Below are positions 49,134 to 58,581 of a stretch of 62,912 nt of DNA, piece by piece (positions within the stretch are counted from its first letter, which is position 1; every line of letters begins with the position of its first letter). Source of the DNA: an uncultured Oscillospiraceae bacterium (GTDB taxonomy: Bacteria > Bacillota > Clostridia > Oscillospirales > Ruminococcaceae); NCBI GenBank assembly GCA_965141735.1, contig CBCSOX010000001.1:1-62912 (forward strand). Reading direction: 5' to 3'. Under the pieces are notes generated by a model. It was given only the letters and a program-made list of their open reading frames with translations, made no database searches and had not been told where the DNA came from. Position numbers and translations under genes: made by a program.

Positions 49134-50165
49134 ATGGATCCCGTTTTAGAGACGGTAAACGAATACATCGACCGGCACCGCAGGGGAAGTCTGCCCTCTC
49201 AAAACAAGCCGCACACACCCGAAAATTTGATCCTCGACCCGAGGCCGAAATTCTCCCACAACATCCGGTATTTTACCTTTCTCGAGGACCGTTTTTTCGG
49301 CATTGACGAGCAGATCCACCTCAACATTGACCAGATCACCGAGGTGGATAAAGCGCGGCACATCCTGTTCCGGCAAAAGCTCATGCACAACCACGAGTTT
49401 TTTGAAATTTTTTATGTGTATTCCGGGCGGTGCGTCAGCACGATCAACGGTGAGGACCGGGAATTCTCCGAGGGGGACATCTGTCTTTACACCCCCAACG
49501 CCATCCACTGCATGCAGACGCCGGAGGAAGGGGATGTGGTCATCAACCTTTTGATCCGCAAAAGCCTCTTTGACGAGACCTTTTTAACCCTGGTGCGCAA
49601 CAACGACCTTGTCACCGGTTTTTTTATCGACTCCCTCTACAACACCAACAGTCAGCAGCGCCACATTGTCTTTCACAAAAACCAGGCGACCATTGCCCGG
49701 CCCATCATTTTGCAGATGTTCTATGAGCAGCTCAAGCACGACGGGTTCAGCCAGAACATCCTGCGCTCCTATCTTGTCTGCCTGTTTTCCGATCTCGCCC
49801 GCAGCTATACCCAATCCCTGACCGAAACACCGGCGTTAAACGGCAAGCAGCTCGACATGAAAGAGGTCATCTCCTACATCGAACGGCATTACAAGACCCT
49901 GACCATCGAAGAACTTGCCGCGGCGTTTGGCTATTCGGTGCGCTCAATGAGCGGATTTATCTGCAGCAAAACAGGCAAAACCTTCCGGGACACCATCAAG
50001 AGCTTCCGGCTGCGCAACGCCAGCCGGCTTCTCTGCGAAACCGACCTGCCCCTTGACGCGATTGCCTTTGAGGTCGGCTACACCCAGCGCTGCAGTTTGG
50101 AACGGGCGTTTAAAAACAACTTCCACATCTCCCCGGCGGAATACCGCAAGCGCTACCGGCACTAG
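49134..50165 (+). CDS. AraC-family regulator with cupin domain
   Basis: HNHEFFEIFYVYSG and C-terminal HTH IAFEVGY...F...F..SP.EYRK. Divergent from the GH gene. Confidence 0.9.
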   Translation: MDPVLETVNEYIDRHRRGSLPSQNKPHTPENLILDPRPKFSHNIRYFTFLEDRFFGIDEQIHLNIDQITEVDKARHILFRQKLMHNHEFFEIFYVYSGRCVSTINGEDREFSEGDICLYTPNAIHCMQTPEEGDVVINLLIRKSLFDETFLTLVRNNDLVTGFFIDSLYNTNSQQRHIVFHKNQATIARPIILQMFYEQLKHDGFSQNILRSYLVCLFSDLARSYTQSLTETPALNGKQLDMKEVISYIERHYKTLTIEELAAAFGYSVRSMSGFICSKTGKTFRDTIKSFRLRNASRLLCETDLPLDAIAFEVGYTQRCSLERAFKNNFHISPAEYRKRYRH

Positions 50166-50455
50166 CGCTGCTCCACCAGCCCGGTCAGCCGAAACGCCGC
50201 ATTCGGAATGCCCCACCAACCCAGCCAGCTGAAACGCCGCGATCGAAATGCCCCAAGCGCACGGGCACGGCGCCCTCTGGCAGCAGCGTCCGCACAGGTG
50301 CGCAGCCTGTCGATCCGCAGCCACTTAGAGAAGGGGCTGCGGCTTGCTGTTTAAAAGATATATGTGTTCTTTGTATTGTGTGTACAATACATTTAGTTTG
50401 TATATAAACGCAGTACTCAGACGCTCGGCGGCGGCGTGCGCGGCCGGATGCCCCC

Positions 50456-50794
50456 GGCATTGGTCCGGGCTGTTGCCGAACCAATCGGCGGCAAAATCTG
50501 CCCACGGGGTCTGAAAGAAACGCGATTCCCCTGCCCGTGCGCTGTCCCAGCGACCCTGTTAAACTATATCTGTATAATACAGATTAAAAGTATTGTGTGT
50601 ATTTTCTCTGCACAACAGGCAAACAGGCGGCTCCTTCTGGCGTTGGTTCGGGCTGTTTCCGAACCAATCGGCGGGGAAATCTGCCCATGGGGTCTGAAAG
50701 AAACGCGATTTCACTGCCCACGCGCTGTCCCAGCGGTTCTGTTAAATTATATCTGTATAATACAGATCATATGTATCTTTTCTGCACAACAGGC
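50456..50794. repeat. Tandem duplication (50456-50620 and 50639-50794) carrying TGTATAATACA arrays
   Basis: Colinear copies at a 183-bp offset, copy 1 is 9 bp longer. Confidence 0.85.
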
Positions 50795-50939
50795 GATCCT
50801 CAGGCGCAGCGGCTTTGCGGCTGCTTTGGCTGCCTCCGCCGCGATCTCCACCCAGCCCCGGGCCGCGTCAAAACCACAGCTGCCCCCGTTTGAGCGAACT
50901 TCCCCGCCCCCACTCCCCCAACCGGGCAGCCTGCGGCGC

Positions 50940-50974
50940 AAAAAAAGAACCGGATGTGTTCCGGTTCTTTTTTT
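50940..50974. terminator. 35-bp palindrome, twin of 55982-56016
   Basis: A7-GAACCGGA-tgtgt-TCCGGTTC-T7. Confidence 0.8.
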
Positions 50975-51677
50975 AATCTGCTTTTGCTGTGATCCCGAAT
51001 CGCCGAAGAACCTTTTGTTTGAGCTTGTAAAACCCGTCGATCTGCTGCTGGCTGGTCGGGAAAATCTTGTTGTCCCGCAGGTCCTCGTAATAGGCGAGCT
51101 CAATCCCGGGGTAAAACCGCTGCGCCAGAGTATTGGGCAGGTCGGTCAGACAGAAATAGGGGTAGGAGGTGAGAGAGGTGGTCATGTAATAGCGGTTCCC
51201 GTCGTCCCTCCACCCCTCTGGAATCGGCCAAACGTCCATGACAACGAGATATTCGTAGTCGGGATTCATCAAATTGACTCGGGTTCCGCTGTAGACCTCA
51301 AAGTCAAATGCAATGACATCGGTCTGGAAATAGCTGCGGGAAAGGTACTGGATGACCTCCCCTTCAGCAAGATCCCCCTTCACCACCTCCTTGACCAGCA
51401 GATCGGTGAGGGTGGCGTTGTAGCGCTGTTGAATCCGCCCGGTGGGCTGCACCACCGCCACAATCGGCTGCTCTGCAATCATCTGGAACTCGTTTTGTTG
51501 CTCCGAGTCCTCCATTGTCCCGCACATCGACGCCGGCGCGATCACCCCGGTGTGTCCGCTCAAATCCACCCGGCCGTCTGGGTAGCGGACAATGTCCTCA
51601 TGGGTGGAGACGCCGTACAGCCCGAGCCCGGCTGTGACCAGCACCATGCACAGCGCGATGCTGACAAACACCTTCAT
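50973..51677 (-). CDS. Membrane-anchored extracellular protein, paralog of 55105-55770
   Basis: N-terminal TM. Shares V.EV..GD, VN.M....YL and Y....DN......ID.F..LK......F with 55105-55770. Confidence 0.7.
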   Translation of the reverse strand: MKVFVSIALCMVLVTAGLGLYGVSTHEDIVRYPDGRVDLSGHTGVIAPASMCGTMEDSEQQNEFQMIAEQPIVAVVQPTGRIQQRYNATLTDLLVKEVVKGDLAEGEVIQYLSRSYFQTDVIAFDFEVYSGTRVNLMNPDYEYLVVMDVWPIPEGWRDDGNRYYMTTSLTSYPYFCLTDLPNTLAQRFYPGIELAYYEDLRDNKIFPTSQQQIDGFYKLKQKVLRRFGITAKAD

Positions 51678-52079
51678 GACGCCTCGCCTCTCGGTTGCGA
51701 CCACCCTGCCGTTTTCCATGGTGCAAAGCATAGAACCGAGTGAATCTGCTCTCTTTTGGCATCCTCTTGTCTCTACGCCTGCTGGGAGGAACCGTGCCGT
51801 ATAAAGGGACCGGCACTCATATTTTATTTACAAAATGTTTAATAATGTTATTATTTGGTCATTTGTTATATTTATCTAATTTTTTTTTGTTAAAAACTAG
51901 AATGGTGTTTTTTGTTATAATATGATATATTTAGTTATATAAGGATTATTTGGTGTAAAATAATTGAAATGATATTCTAAAATATATTTTATCTGCATTG
52001 TGGAAGGAGGGGATTCCAATGGGTTATTTCGCAGTTAACCTGTACAAATTGTGACATGCAGAAAAATAGGAGGATTACT

Positions 52080-52496
52080 ATGAAACAAGCACTGAAAAGA
52101 ATGACAGTAATTGTGATGGCTTTGGGCATTTTAGGGGCAACAAGCATTTCTGCTTCCGCAGAGTTGAAAACGCATTACGTACCAGTGGGAAAGGACCTGA
52201 CAAGCACATCATTGACTGACCTCGTCGGCTCTGTTACAAAAACCACCTCAGATCCGGGTCTGCATTTGTATGTGTCAAACGGCCCATCAACCTATTGCAA
52301 TGCACAAGCGTCCATTACTTCCTCCAGCTATCCATTTTCAACTTATACATCACAAAATCTTACAGTAAGTTTAGGCGAAACTAAGTATTTAAACACAGGT
52401 AGAGGAGGAGTTACTGGGTATAGCGCCCGCGTGTTTGCTGCAAAAAGAGGCGGCGATGGGAATTATCGCTTGTCTGGCGGCGCTTATATGAACTGA
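52080..52496 (+). CDS. Small secreted protein heading an ABC operon
   Basis: AGGAGG RBS, Sec signal ending SISASA, Ser/Thr/Gly-rich mature part. Confidence 0.75.
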   Translation: MKQALKRMTVIVMALGILGATSISASAELKTHYVPVGKDLTSTSLTDLVGSVTKTTSDPGLHLYVSNGPSTYCNAQASITSSSYPFSTYTSQNLTVSLGETKYLNTGRGGVTGYSARVFAAKRGGDGNYRLSGGAYMN

Positions 52497-52569
52497 CAGC
52501 TTATTTGAGGAGGGAGAGGGGGATTCCGCTCCCTCCTTTCTATAATCGAGAATACAGGAGGTGCATGCT

Positions 52570-53478
52570 ATGCGCTTTTTACATATGACAGGGATGCAAA
52601 TTGGCCAGCTTGTGCGGCGCAAGGAATTTGCGTTTACGCTGACAGTTGTCCTGCTCTACTGCGTTGGCATCAGCGTAATGAATGCCGTGTATTATATGGG
52701 ATGGGACATCCACCTGATCTCCCCCCCTCATGAGATGTTTGGCGGCAATGAACGCATGGAAAATGGACTATCCTTTCTTTTGTTTTACATCATCATTCTA
52801 TTTGCGTCGGTTCCCTTTGCCATGTCGGCAACCGATGACCGTATCATTCGGGTTGTCCCCCTGCTGCAAACAAGAGTCACTCGCCGCACCTACTGCTTGT
52901 CCAAGCTGACCGCTTGTTTTGTTGGTGCGTTTCTTGTTTTTTTCATTCCGCTTTGCGTCAATATTCTACTGAATTTCGCAACTTTTCCATGGGACGGCAC
53001 CAAAATGCAGGTAAATGGCAGTACCTATGCCCCAGCGATGTCCATATGGCAGGATGGGACAAAAACCTATGGTGAAGCAGGGGCCTACCTCTTTGCCAGC
53101 CTGTACGGATTCTCACCTGTTCTTTATAATTTTTTCTCTGCCGCTGTCATTTCCGCGTTTGCAGGCGCCGCTTCGGTCTTTTCTTGTGGATTTTCATGGT
53201 TGATCCGGCAAAAGAAGTATCTCTGCATTCTCCCACTGTTTGTTTTCTATCTCTCTACTTCTGTATTTGACTCATTGAAAAACTTCCTAATAGGGGCATC
53301 CAAGCTTCCACGCGAAATGGCAATGGCATTTAGCTGGCAATATTATATTTTAGGGAAGAGCCCTCTTGGTGAAAGGTACAGCTGTCCAGTGTGGTACTTT
53401 TGGGTGATTTTTGGCGTATTGATTGGAGTCGGAGTCATCCTGACCCTCGCACAAAGCAAACGAAACTATTTGGATTAG
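52570..53478 (+). CDS. Membrane protein (ABC permease-like)
   Basis: About six TM segments, in an operon with an ABC ATPase. Confidence 0.7.
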   Translation: MRFLHMTGMQIGQLVRRKEFAFTLTVVLLYCVGISVMNAVYYMGWDIHLISPPHEMFGGNERMENGLSFLLFYIIILFASVPFAMSATDDRIIRVVPLLQTRVTRRTYCLSKLTACFVGAFLVFFIPLCVNILLNFATFPWDGTKMQVNGSTYAPAMSIWQDGTKTYGEAGAYLFASLYGFSPVLYNFFSAAVISAFAGAASVFSCGFSWLIRQKKYLCILPLFVFYLSTSVFDSLKNFLIGASKLPREMAMAFSWQYYILGKSPLGERYSCPVWYFWVIFGVLIGVGVILTLAQSKRNYLD

Positions 53479-53496
53479 GTAAGGAGGGCAATTTGA

Positions 53497-54426
53497 ATGA
53501 AAAAAACAGTACAGGTTGTGTTCAGCGCTGCTGGGGTTGCCCTTTTTCAGGTAATCTACAATTCTTTTTATTTTCTCTCAAGCTTGATTCCACCAGATGC
53601 GACGGCAGAAAATTTACAGAGTTTCGGCCTGAACGAAGTGTTTTCGAATAGTTTTTTGATGAATTTTGAACCTGAAATGAGCTTCCTGCCAGGCGCAATT
53701 AATCAAATGGTCTTCTTTTTCGTATTTTGTCTGTTTGCTTGCCGCTTTTTAGCGAAAGATTATTGTCTGACTGGGGTGTATACCTTTACCCGCCAGGTAA
53801 AAAAATCACATTGGTATGTCAAACGTGTGGGTAATCTTGCTGGATTTGCTTTTCTTTACACTGCAGTTTATTTGGGTCTGGGCCTCATCTGCTGTTTTTC
53901 TGTGGCCGGAGGTGAGCTGGTTGACACAAAAGAACTCCTCTATCTCATCCTTTCACCTCTTGTCAACTATACGTTGTTTTTAACAGCGATTTCTCTTCTG
54001 ATCAATCTGATCTCCATCCAATTCGGCTCCTCTGCCGGGTTTATTGGTGTATGGCTGGCAATCATTCTCTGTCTCACCCTGCTGTTCTCTGCCTATCCGG
54101 TGGTTATGGAGCCGCTGCTAAGGTCGGATCCGGAACTGCAGTATTCCGGATATCTGGCAGCACAATTGCCTGTTTGGATGCTGCTTCTTGTGGCAATCAA
54201 CCCTCTCAGCCACGTGATTTTGAATTTTCACGCAGCTCCCTCAGAACTGGTCAACCTTTCCCTGTCAAACCGGATGCAATTAAGCGGAAATATTGAGTTT
54301 ATCAATTTGCCAAGTTGGATGTTTTCCATAGGGTACCTGTTGGTTTTTGCTGTTCTTACGGTAAGCCTGGGATGGCTTTATCTGCGTAAAAAGGATATTA
54401 GTCTTATCAATCACGAAACTTTGTAG
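53497..54426 (+). CDS. Membrane protein (ABC permease-like)
   Basis: About six TM segments, C-terminal RKKDI. Confidence 0.7.
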   Translation: MKKTVQVVFSAAGVALFQVIYNSFYFLSSLIPPDATAENLQSFGLNEVFSNSFLMNFEPEMSFLPGAINQMVFFFVFCLFACRFLAKDYCLTGVYTFTRQVKKSHWYVKRVGNLAGFAFLYTAVYLGLGLICCFSVAGGELVDTKELLYLILSPLVNYTLFLTAISLLINLISIQFGSSAGFIGVWLAIILCLTLLFSAYPVVMEPLLRSDPELQYSGYLAAQLPVWMLLLVAINPLSHVILNFHAAPSELVNLSLSNRMQLSGNIEFINLPSWMFSIGYLLVFAVLTVSLGWLYLRKKDISLINHETL

Positions 54427-54445
54427 GAAAAGAGGTGTCACAATT

Positions 54446-55108
54446 ATGACTGCGATTGAAATCACACAATTAACCAAGGTGATTAAGGGATATACCGTAT
54501 TGGACAACATCAACCTTGTCGTCGATCAACCTCTTGTTTACGGCTTTGTCGGCCGCAACGGGGCAGGGAAAACCATGCTGTTTCGCAGCATCAGTGGGTT
54601 AATTTCTCCTACCTCAGGATCTGTCAAGATCAATGGGAAACAGTTGGGGAAAGAGCTGACTTTTCCGGAAAGTATTGGCCTTACGATTGAAAATGTCGGG
54701 TTATGGTCAGAATTTTCTGGATTTCACAACTTAAAAATGCTGGCAAAAATAAAGAAAAAAATTTCGGATGATCAAATCAAAAAAACAATCCAACGAGTCG
54801 GTTTAGATCCAGCGGATAAACGTCCGGTTCGAAAATATTCCCAGGGAATGAAGCAGCGGATTGTCTTAGCGCAAGCGTTGATGGAACAACCGGAACTATT
54901 GATTTTAGATGAACCTACAAATGCACTGGATGAAAATGGAGTAAAGCTGATCCGAAACATTATCATGGAGGAAAAACAACGGGGGGCAACCGTCTTATTA
55001 TCAAGTCACAGTAAAGAGGATATTGAAATACTGTGCGATGTCATTTATCACATGGATGCAGGAAGAATCATTGACATGACAGTAAGAGATGAGGATGGTG
55101 CAGGATGA
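54446..55108 (+). CDS. ABC transporter ATP-binding protein
   Basis: GRNGAGKT, YSQGMKQR, ILDEPTNALD. Confidence 0.92.
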   Translation: MTAIEITQLTKVIKGYTVLDNINLVVDQPLVYGFVGRNGAGKTMLFRSISGLISPTSGSVKINGKQLGKELTFPESIGLTIENVGLWSEFSGFHNLKMLAKIKKKISDDQIKKTIQRVGLDPADKRPVRKYSQGMKQRIVLAQALMEQPELLILDEPTNALDENGVKLIRNIIMEEKQRGATVLLSSHSKEDIEILCDVIYHMDAGRIIDMTVRDEDGAG

Positions 55109-55770
55109 AAAAATGGCTGATCGGATGGACTTTTCTAGTTCTGCTTGGTTTGGGAATCAACGTCTATGCAAAGAGTACCTATATTAATCCCATCGACTAC
55201 AATAACCTAAAAGAGACAGCGGCAGATTGCTATGTTGTAAGAGATTTTTGTTATTCTGCAGAAAATGAAGAAAATAACCTCGCATTATTTGGTGCGGAGC
55301 CAGACGATATCGTGGCTAAGGTTCAGGCAAAAGGGAACTGCAAGGGTATTTATATGGGCAGCCTTGTGGATATTCAAGTGCTGGAAGTCTATCAAGGAGA
55401 CCGTTCATTTCAAGGGAAAGAGGCAACGCTGATTACAGGCGCTTATGTATTGGTAGACATCAATGGACGTCAGGTAAATTCAAATGTCAATTTTATGGAA
55501 GAAGGAAAAGATTACTTAATTTCAATGAAACACAGGGAAATGCCAAAAAGTTTTGGAAAAAAACTATATTTTACCACCGCATACAATTATAATTATGTAA
55601 GCTGGTTTTTATTCGGTGACAAGCCCGATATGGTTCCTGATAAATTGGAATCTTCTGACTATTGCCGTTATAGAGAAGTTTCGGATAATGAAGTTTTAGC
55701 GATGAACCAGGCAGATATCGATTCTTTTCATCAGTTGAAAAAAATATTAATTGAAAAATTTACGGCTTAA
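55105..55770 (+). CDS. Membrane-anchored extracellular protein
   Basis: N-terminal TM, overlaps the ATPase stop, paralog of 50973-51677. Confidence 0.7.
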   Translation: MKKWLIGWTFLVLLGLGINVYAKSTYINPIDYNNLKETAADCYVVRDFCYSAENEENNLALFGAEPDDIVAKVQAKGNCKGIYMGSLVDIQVLEVYQGDRSFQGKEATLITGAYVLVDINGRQVNSNVNFMEEGKDYLISMKHREMPKSFGKKLYFTTAYNYNYVSWFLFGDKPDMVPDKLESSDYCRYREVSDNEVLAMNQADIDSFHQLKKILIEKFTA

Positions 55771-55981
55771 ACCGAACCTGCCAATTAAGTACAATAAAAT
55801 TTTTCAATACCAATATAAACACCTTGGTGGAGACGTGTACTCAGGCAAATTTGTGCCGATGAGGGTATCGGATGGCTCCTTTCCGGCAAAAGGAAATACT
55901 GTTTTATTTTTAATTACTCCGAATCCGTAATTTTTTGTTTTTTAGGCCTTACAACATCCTGCACAGAAAAATCAGAGCGTC

Positions 55982-56016
55982 AAAAAAAGAACCGGAACAC
56001 ATCCGGTTCTTTTTTT
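55982..56016. terminator. 35-bp palindrome, exact reverse complement of 50940-50974
   Basis: A7-GAACCGGA-acaca-TCCGGTTC-T7. Confidence 0.8.
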
Positions 56017-56103
56017 AACTGAAATTCCCGCCCTAAAAAGGGAATCGATTCTCCATCCTCCTTTTGCAATCCTAAGTCTGATTCTCTGTTCGACTGATTC
56101 TGC

Positions 56104-56144
56104 TTGACAGTACAGACCCATTCTGTGTATACTAGTTATAAACA
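56104..56144 (+). promoter_or_regulatory. parA promoter
   Basis: TTGACA-N18-TATACT, within GTGTATACT-AG-TTATAAACA. Confidence 0.65.
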
Positions 56145-56408
56145 ATATACAGATAAAGTGTATAGAAAACGGGAATGCTGTCGAACCGGGCAAACGGGCA
56201 GCATTTTTTTAAGACAAGCATAGGATCTGTATGATGTGTATCTGTATAAGATGTATTGTCTAACAGGGAAACCCTCTGCCGAAACAGGGCAGCTCGGCCT
56301 TGGCGCCAGCTGCTTTGGCGCCACTCGCGCACAAAGAAGACTGCACCCGGATTGGATCGGTGCGCGCCGGCAGCCGCATGGAACACAATTCACCGAAAGG
56401 GGTACGAT

Positions 56409-57173
56409 ATGAAAGAAATCATCACAATTGCCAACCAAAAAGGCGGGGTGGGCAAGAGCACGACCGCCCACGCCCTCGGCTCCTGCCTGCGCGCGCGGGG
56501 GGAACGCGTGCTGTTTGTCGACCTCGACCCCCAGGGCAACCTCACCTACACGATGGAAGCTGACCCCGCCGGCCCCACTACTTACGAGCTGCTCACCCGC
56601 CAGGCGGAGCTGCCCGACTGCATCCGCCGGACCGAGCAGGGGGACCTCATCCCCGCCTCCGCCCAGCTTGCGGCAGCCGACATGGAGCTCAACTCGACCG
56701 GCAAGGAGTACCGGCTCAAGGAAGCCCTCGCGGCGGTGGCGGAGGAGTATGACATCATCCTGATCGACACCCCGCCCGCGCTCGGCATTCTCACCGTCAA
56801 CGCCCTGACCGCATCCGACAGCCTGCTCATCCCGGCGCAGGCGGACATCTACTCCCTCCAGGGCATCGGGCAGCTCTATTCGACGGTGCAGGCGGTGCGC
56901 ACCTACTGCAACCCCGGGCTTTCCATCCGGGGCATCCTGCTCACCCGCCACTCCGCCCGCGCGGTGCTCACCCGCGACCTCACCGAGATGATCGGGGAGA
57001 CGGCGGCACAGCTCGGCACCCGGGTGTACTCCACTGTGATCCGGGAAAACATCGCGGTCAAGGAGGCGCAGGCGCGGCGGGCCGACCTGCTGCGCTACGC
57101 GCCCAAGAGCAACGCGGCAAAGGACTACGCCGCCTTTGCAGAGGAATTTACAGGAGGACAAGACGATGAGTAA
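56409..57173 (+). CDS. parA: ParA/Soj-family ATPase (type Ib, no N-terminal HTH)
   Basis: NQKGGVGKST, DLDPQGN, IDTPP, IREN...EAQ. Confidence 0.92.
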   Translation: MKEIITIANQKGGVGKSTTAHALGSCLRARGERVLFVDLDPQGNLTYTMEADPAGPTTYELLTRQAELPDCIRRTEQGDLIPASAQLAAADMELNSTGKEYRLKEALAAVAEEYDIILIDTPPALGILTVNALTASDSLLIPAQADIYSLQGIGQLYSTVQAVRTYCNPGLSIRGILLTRHSARAVLTRDLTEMIGETAAQLGTRVYSTVIRENIAVKEAQARRADLLRYAPKSNAAKDYAAFAEEFTGGQDDE

Positions 57174-57528
57174 AAAGAGTTTCCGGGAAAACAACCCCGC
57201 CCTGCAGTTCATCACCCCCGCCCCTGTCCAGGAGACCCCGGCGGGGCAGCCGAGGCCGGCAAAGGAAAAACAGACAGATCACACAGATAATACACATACT
57301 ACATCTTCTACACAAAATACACAAAACACAGATCTTACAACCAAAAAGCAGGAAACCAAGTCCAAGCGCCTGAACCTGCTCATCCAGCCCTCGCTGCACC
57401 AAGAGCTGACCAAAATCGCCTATGTCCAGCGGGTGAGCCTCAATGAGCTGATCCTGCGGGCGTCGCGGGAATACGCCGCCGCGCACCAAGACGCGGTGCG
57501 CAAATACGATGAATTTACCGGGGAGTAA
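57166..57528 (+). CDS. Putative ribbon-helix-helix partition adaptor
   Basis: Overlaps the parA end. N-terminal NPALQFI, C-terminal ETKSKRLNLLIQPSL...L..IA....SLNELI. Confidence 0.7.
   Translation: MSKKSFRENNPALQFITPAPVQETPAGQPRPAKEKQTDHTDNTHTTSSTQNTQNTDLTTKKQETKSKRLNLLIQPSLHQELTKIAYVQRVSLNELILRASREYAAAHQDAVRKYDEFTGE
57274..57339. repeat. Seven 9-bp units beginning ACA inside the adaptor CDS
   Basis: acagatcac acagataat acacatact acatcttct acacaaaat acacaaaac acagatctt aca. Confidence 0.75.
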
Positions 57529-57531
57529 TAT

Positions 57532-58581
57532 ATGAATACACACGATACACATTCTGCGCAGGATGAATATACTACACAGCATTCTTCCAACGCGCGCGGC
57601 AGCGACAGCGGCTATATCAAAAAGGTGACCGGCTATGTCGTCGGCCCAGTCAAGGGCGGCCCGTCGGGGGAGGACGTCGGCAGGCTGATGCTCAAGGACC
57701 TCTGTTGGACCTGGGAGCAGATGAACGCCGGCGACAAGGAGACCCCGCACAGCAGGGACATCTTCAGCGCAGAGGAAAAGTCCGCCCTCGTCTCCAGCCT
57801 GCGCACCGAGGAGGACATCCGGGACTACAACATCTACCGGGAGATTCACACAACGCTTGTGCGGATGCCCGAGCGGTTCTCCCTCGCGCGCACCCGGGCG
57901 GAGCTCGCCTTTTGGCGGCTGCACGCGCTGGTGCTCAACTTTCACCAGGTGGAACAGGAGCACGCCGAGAGCTATGAACACCCCCGCATCCTCACCGAGC
58001 AGCAGTTTGCAGAGCTCACACAACGGTACACCCGGCAGGAGCTCGGCGCCCTCTGCCCCGGCGGGATCGCGGTGCTCCGGGGGCCTTCCCCTCACATCGA
58101 CACTAAGGGCTGCTACGCCCCGCCCCCTTTCCCGGGCAGCCACAACTATGCGGCCGAGCACCTGCTCGCGCTGCACAGCCGGGTGATCCGCGCCCTGTTC
58201 GCCTCCCTGGAATCCGCGCTGCGGGAGTGCTACGCCCTGCTCGAGGGGATGAACCTCATCGCCGAACGGGTGGAGGTGCCCGAGCTCAAGCGCTACATTC
58301 AGGAACAGCCCCCCGAGGAGGACGTCTCGCTGCTCAACCGCCTCATGGAGGACGTGCCCGACCAGATTGTGCGGTTCAACCGCTACCGGCTCGGGGTGGA
58401 TGAGAACGAGACGCAGCGGCTGCGGGAACAGGTCAGGCAGCTGCTTCCCCCGGTCGACCTCGACTCCCTCAAGCCTGCGGCCGAGGCGGTGGAGCGCGCC
58501 CAGGCGTTTCTGGAGGACATCACCGTCATCTACCGCGACACAAGCCGCCTCTTTGAACTGCTGGAAGGGGGCTCGGCGTGA
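57532..58581 (+). CDS. Hypothetical helical protein in the par-rep operon
   Basis: 349 aa ORF coupled to both neighbours, GC3-rich codons. Confidence 0.75.
   Translation: MNTHDTHSAQDEYTTQHSSNARGSDSGYIKKVTGYVVGPVKGGPSGEDVGRLMLKDLCWTWEQMNAGDKETPHSRDIFSAEEKSALVSSLRTEEDIRDYNIYREIHTTLVRMPERFSLARTRAELAFWRLHALVLNFHQVEQEHAESYEHPRILTEQQFAELTQRYTRQELGALCPGGIAVLRGPSPHIDTKGCYAPPPFPGSHNYAAEHLLALHSRVIRALFASLESALRECYALLEGMNLIAERVEVPELKRYIQEQPPEEDVSLLNRLMEDVPDQIVRFNRYRLGVDENETQRLREQVRQLLPPVDLDSLKPAAEAVERAQAFLEDITVIYRDTSRLFELLEGGSA

Noticed and set aside
50436..51743. 435-aa plus-strand ORF
   Set aside because: It spans the non-coding duplication and a terminator and is antisense to a credible gene.
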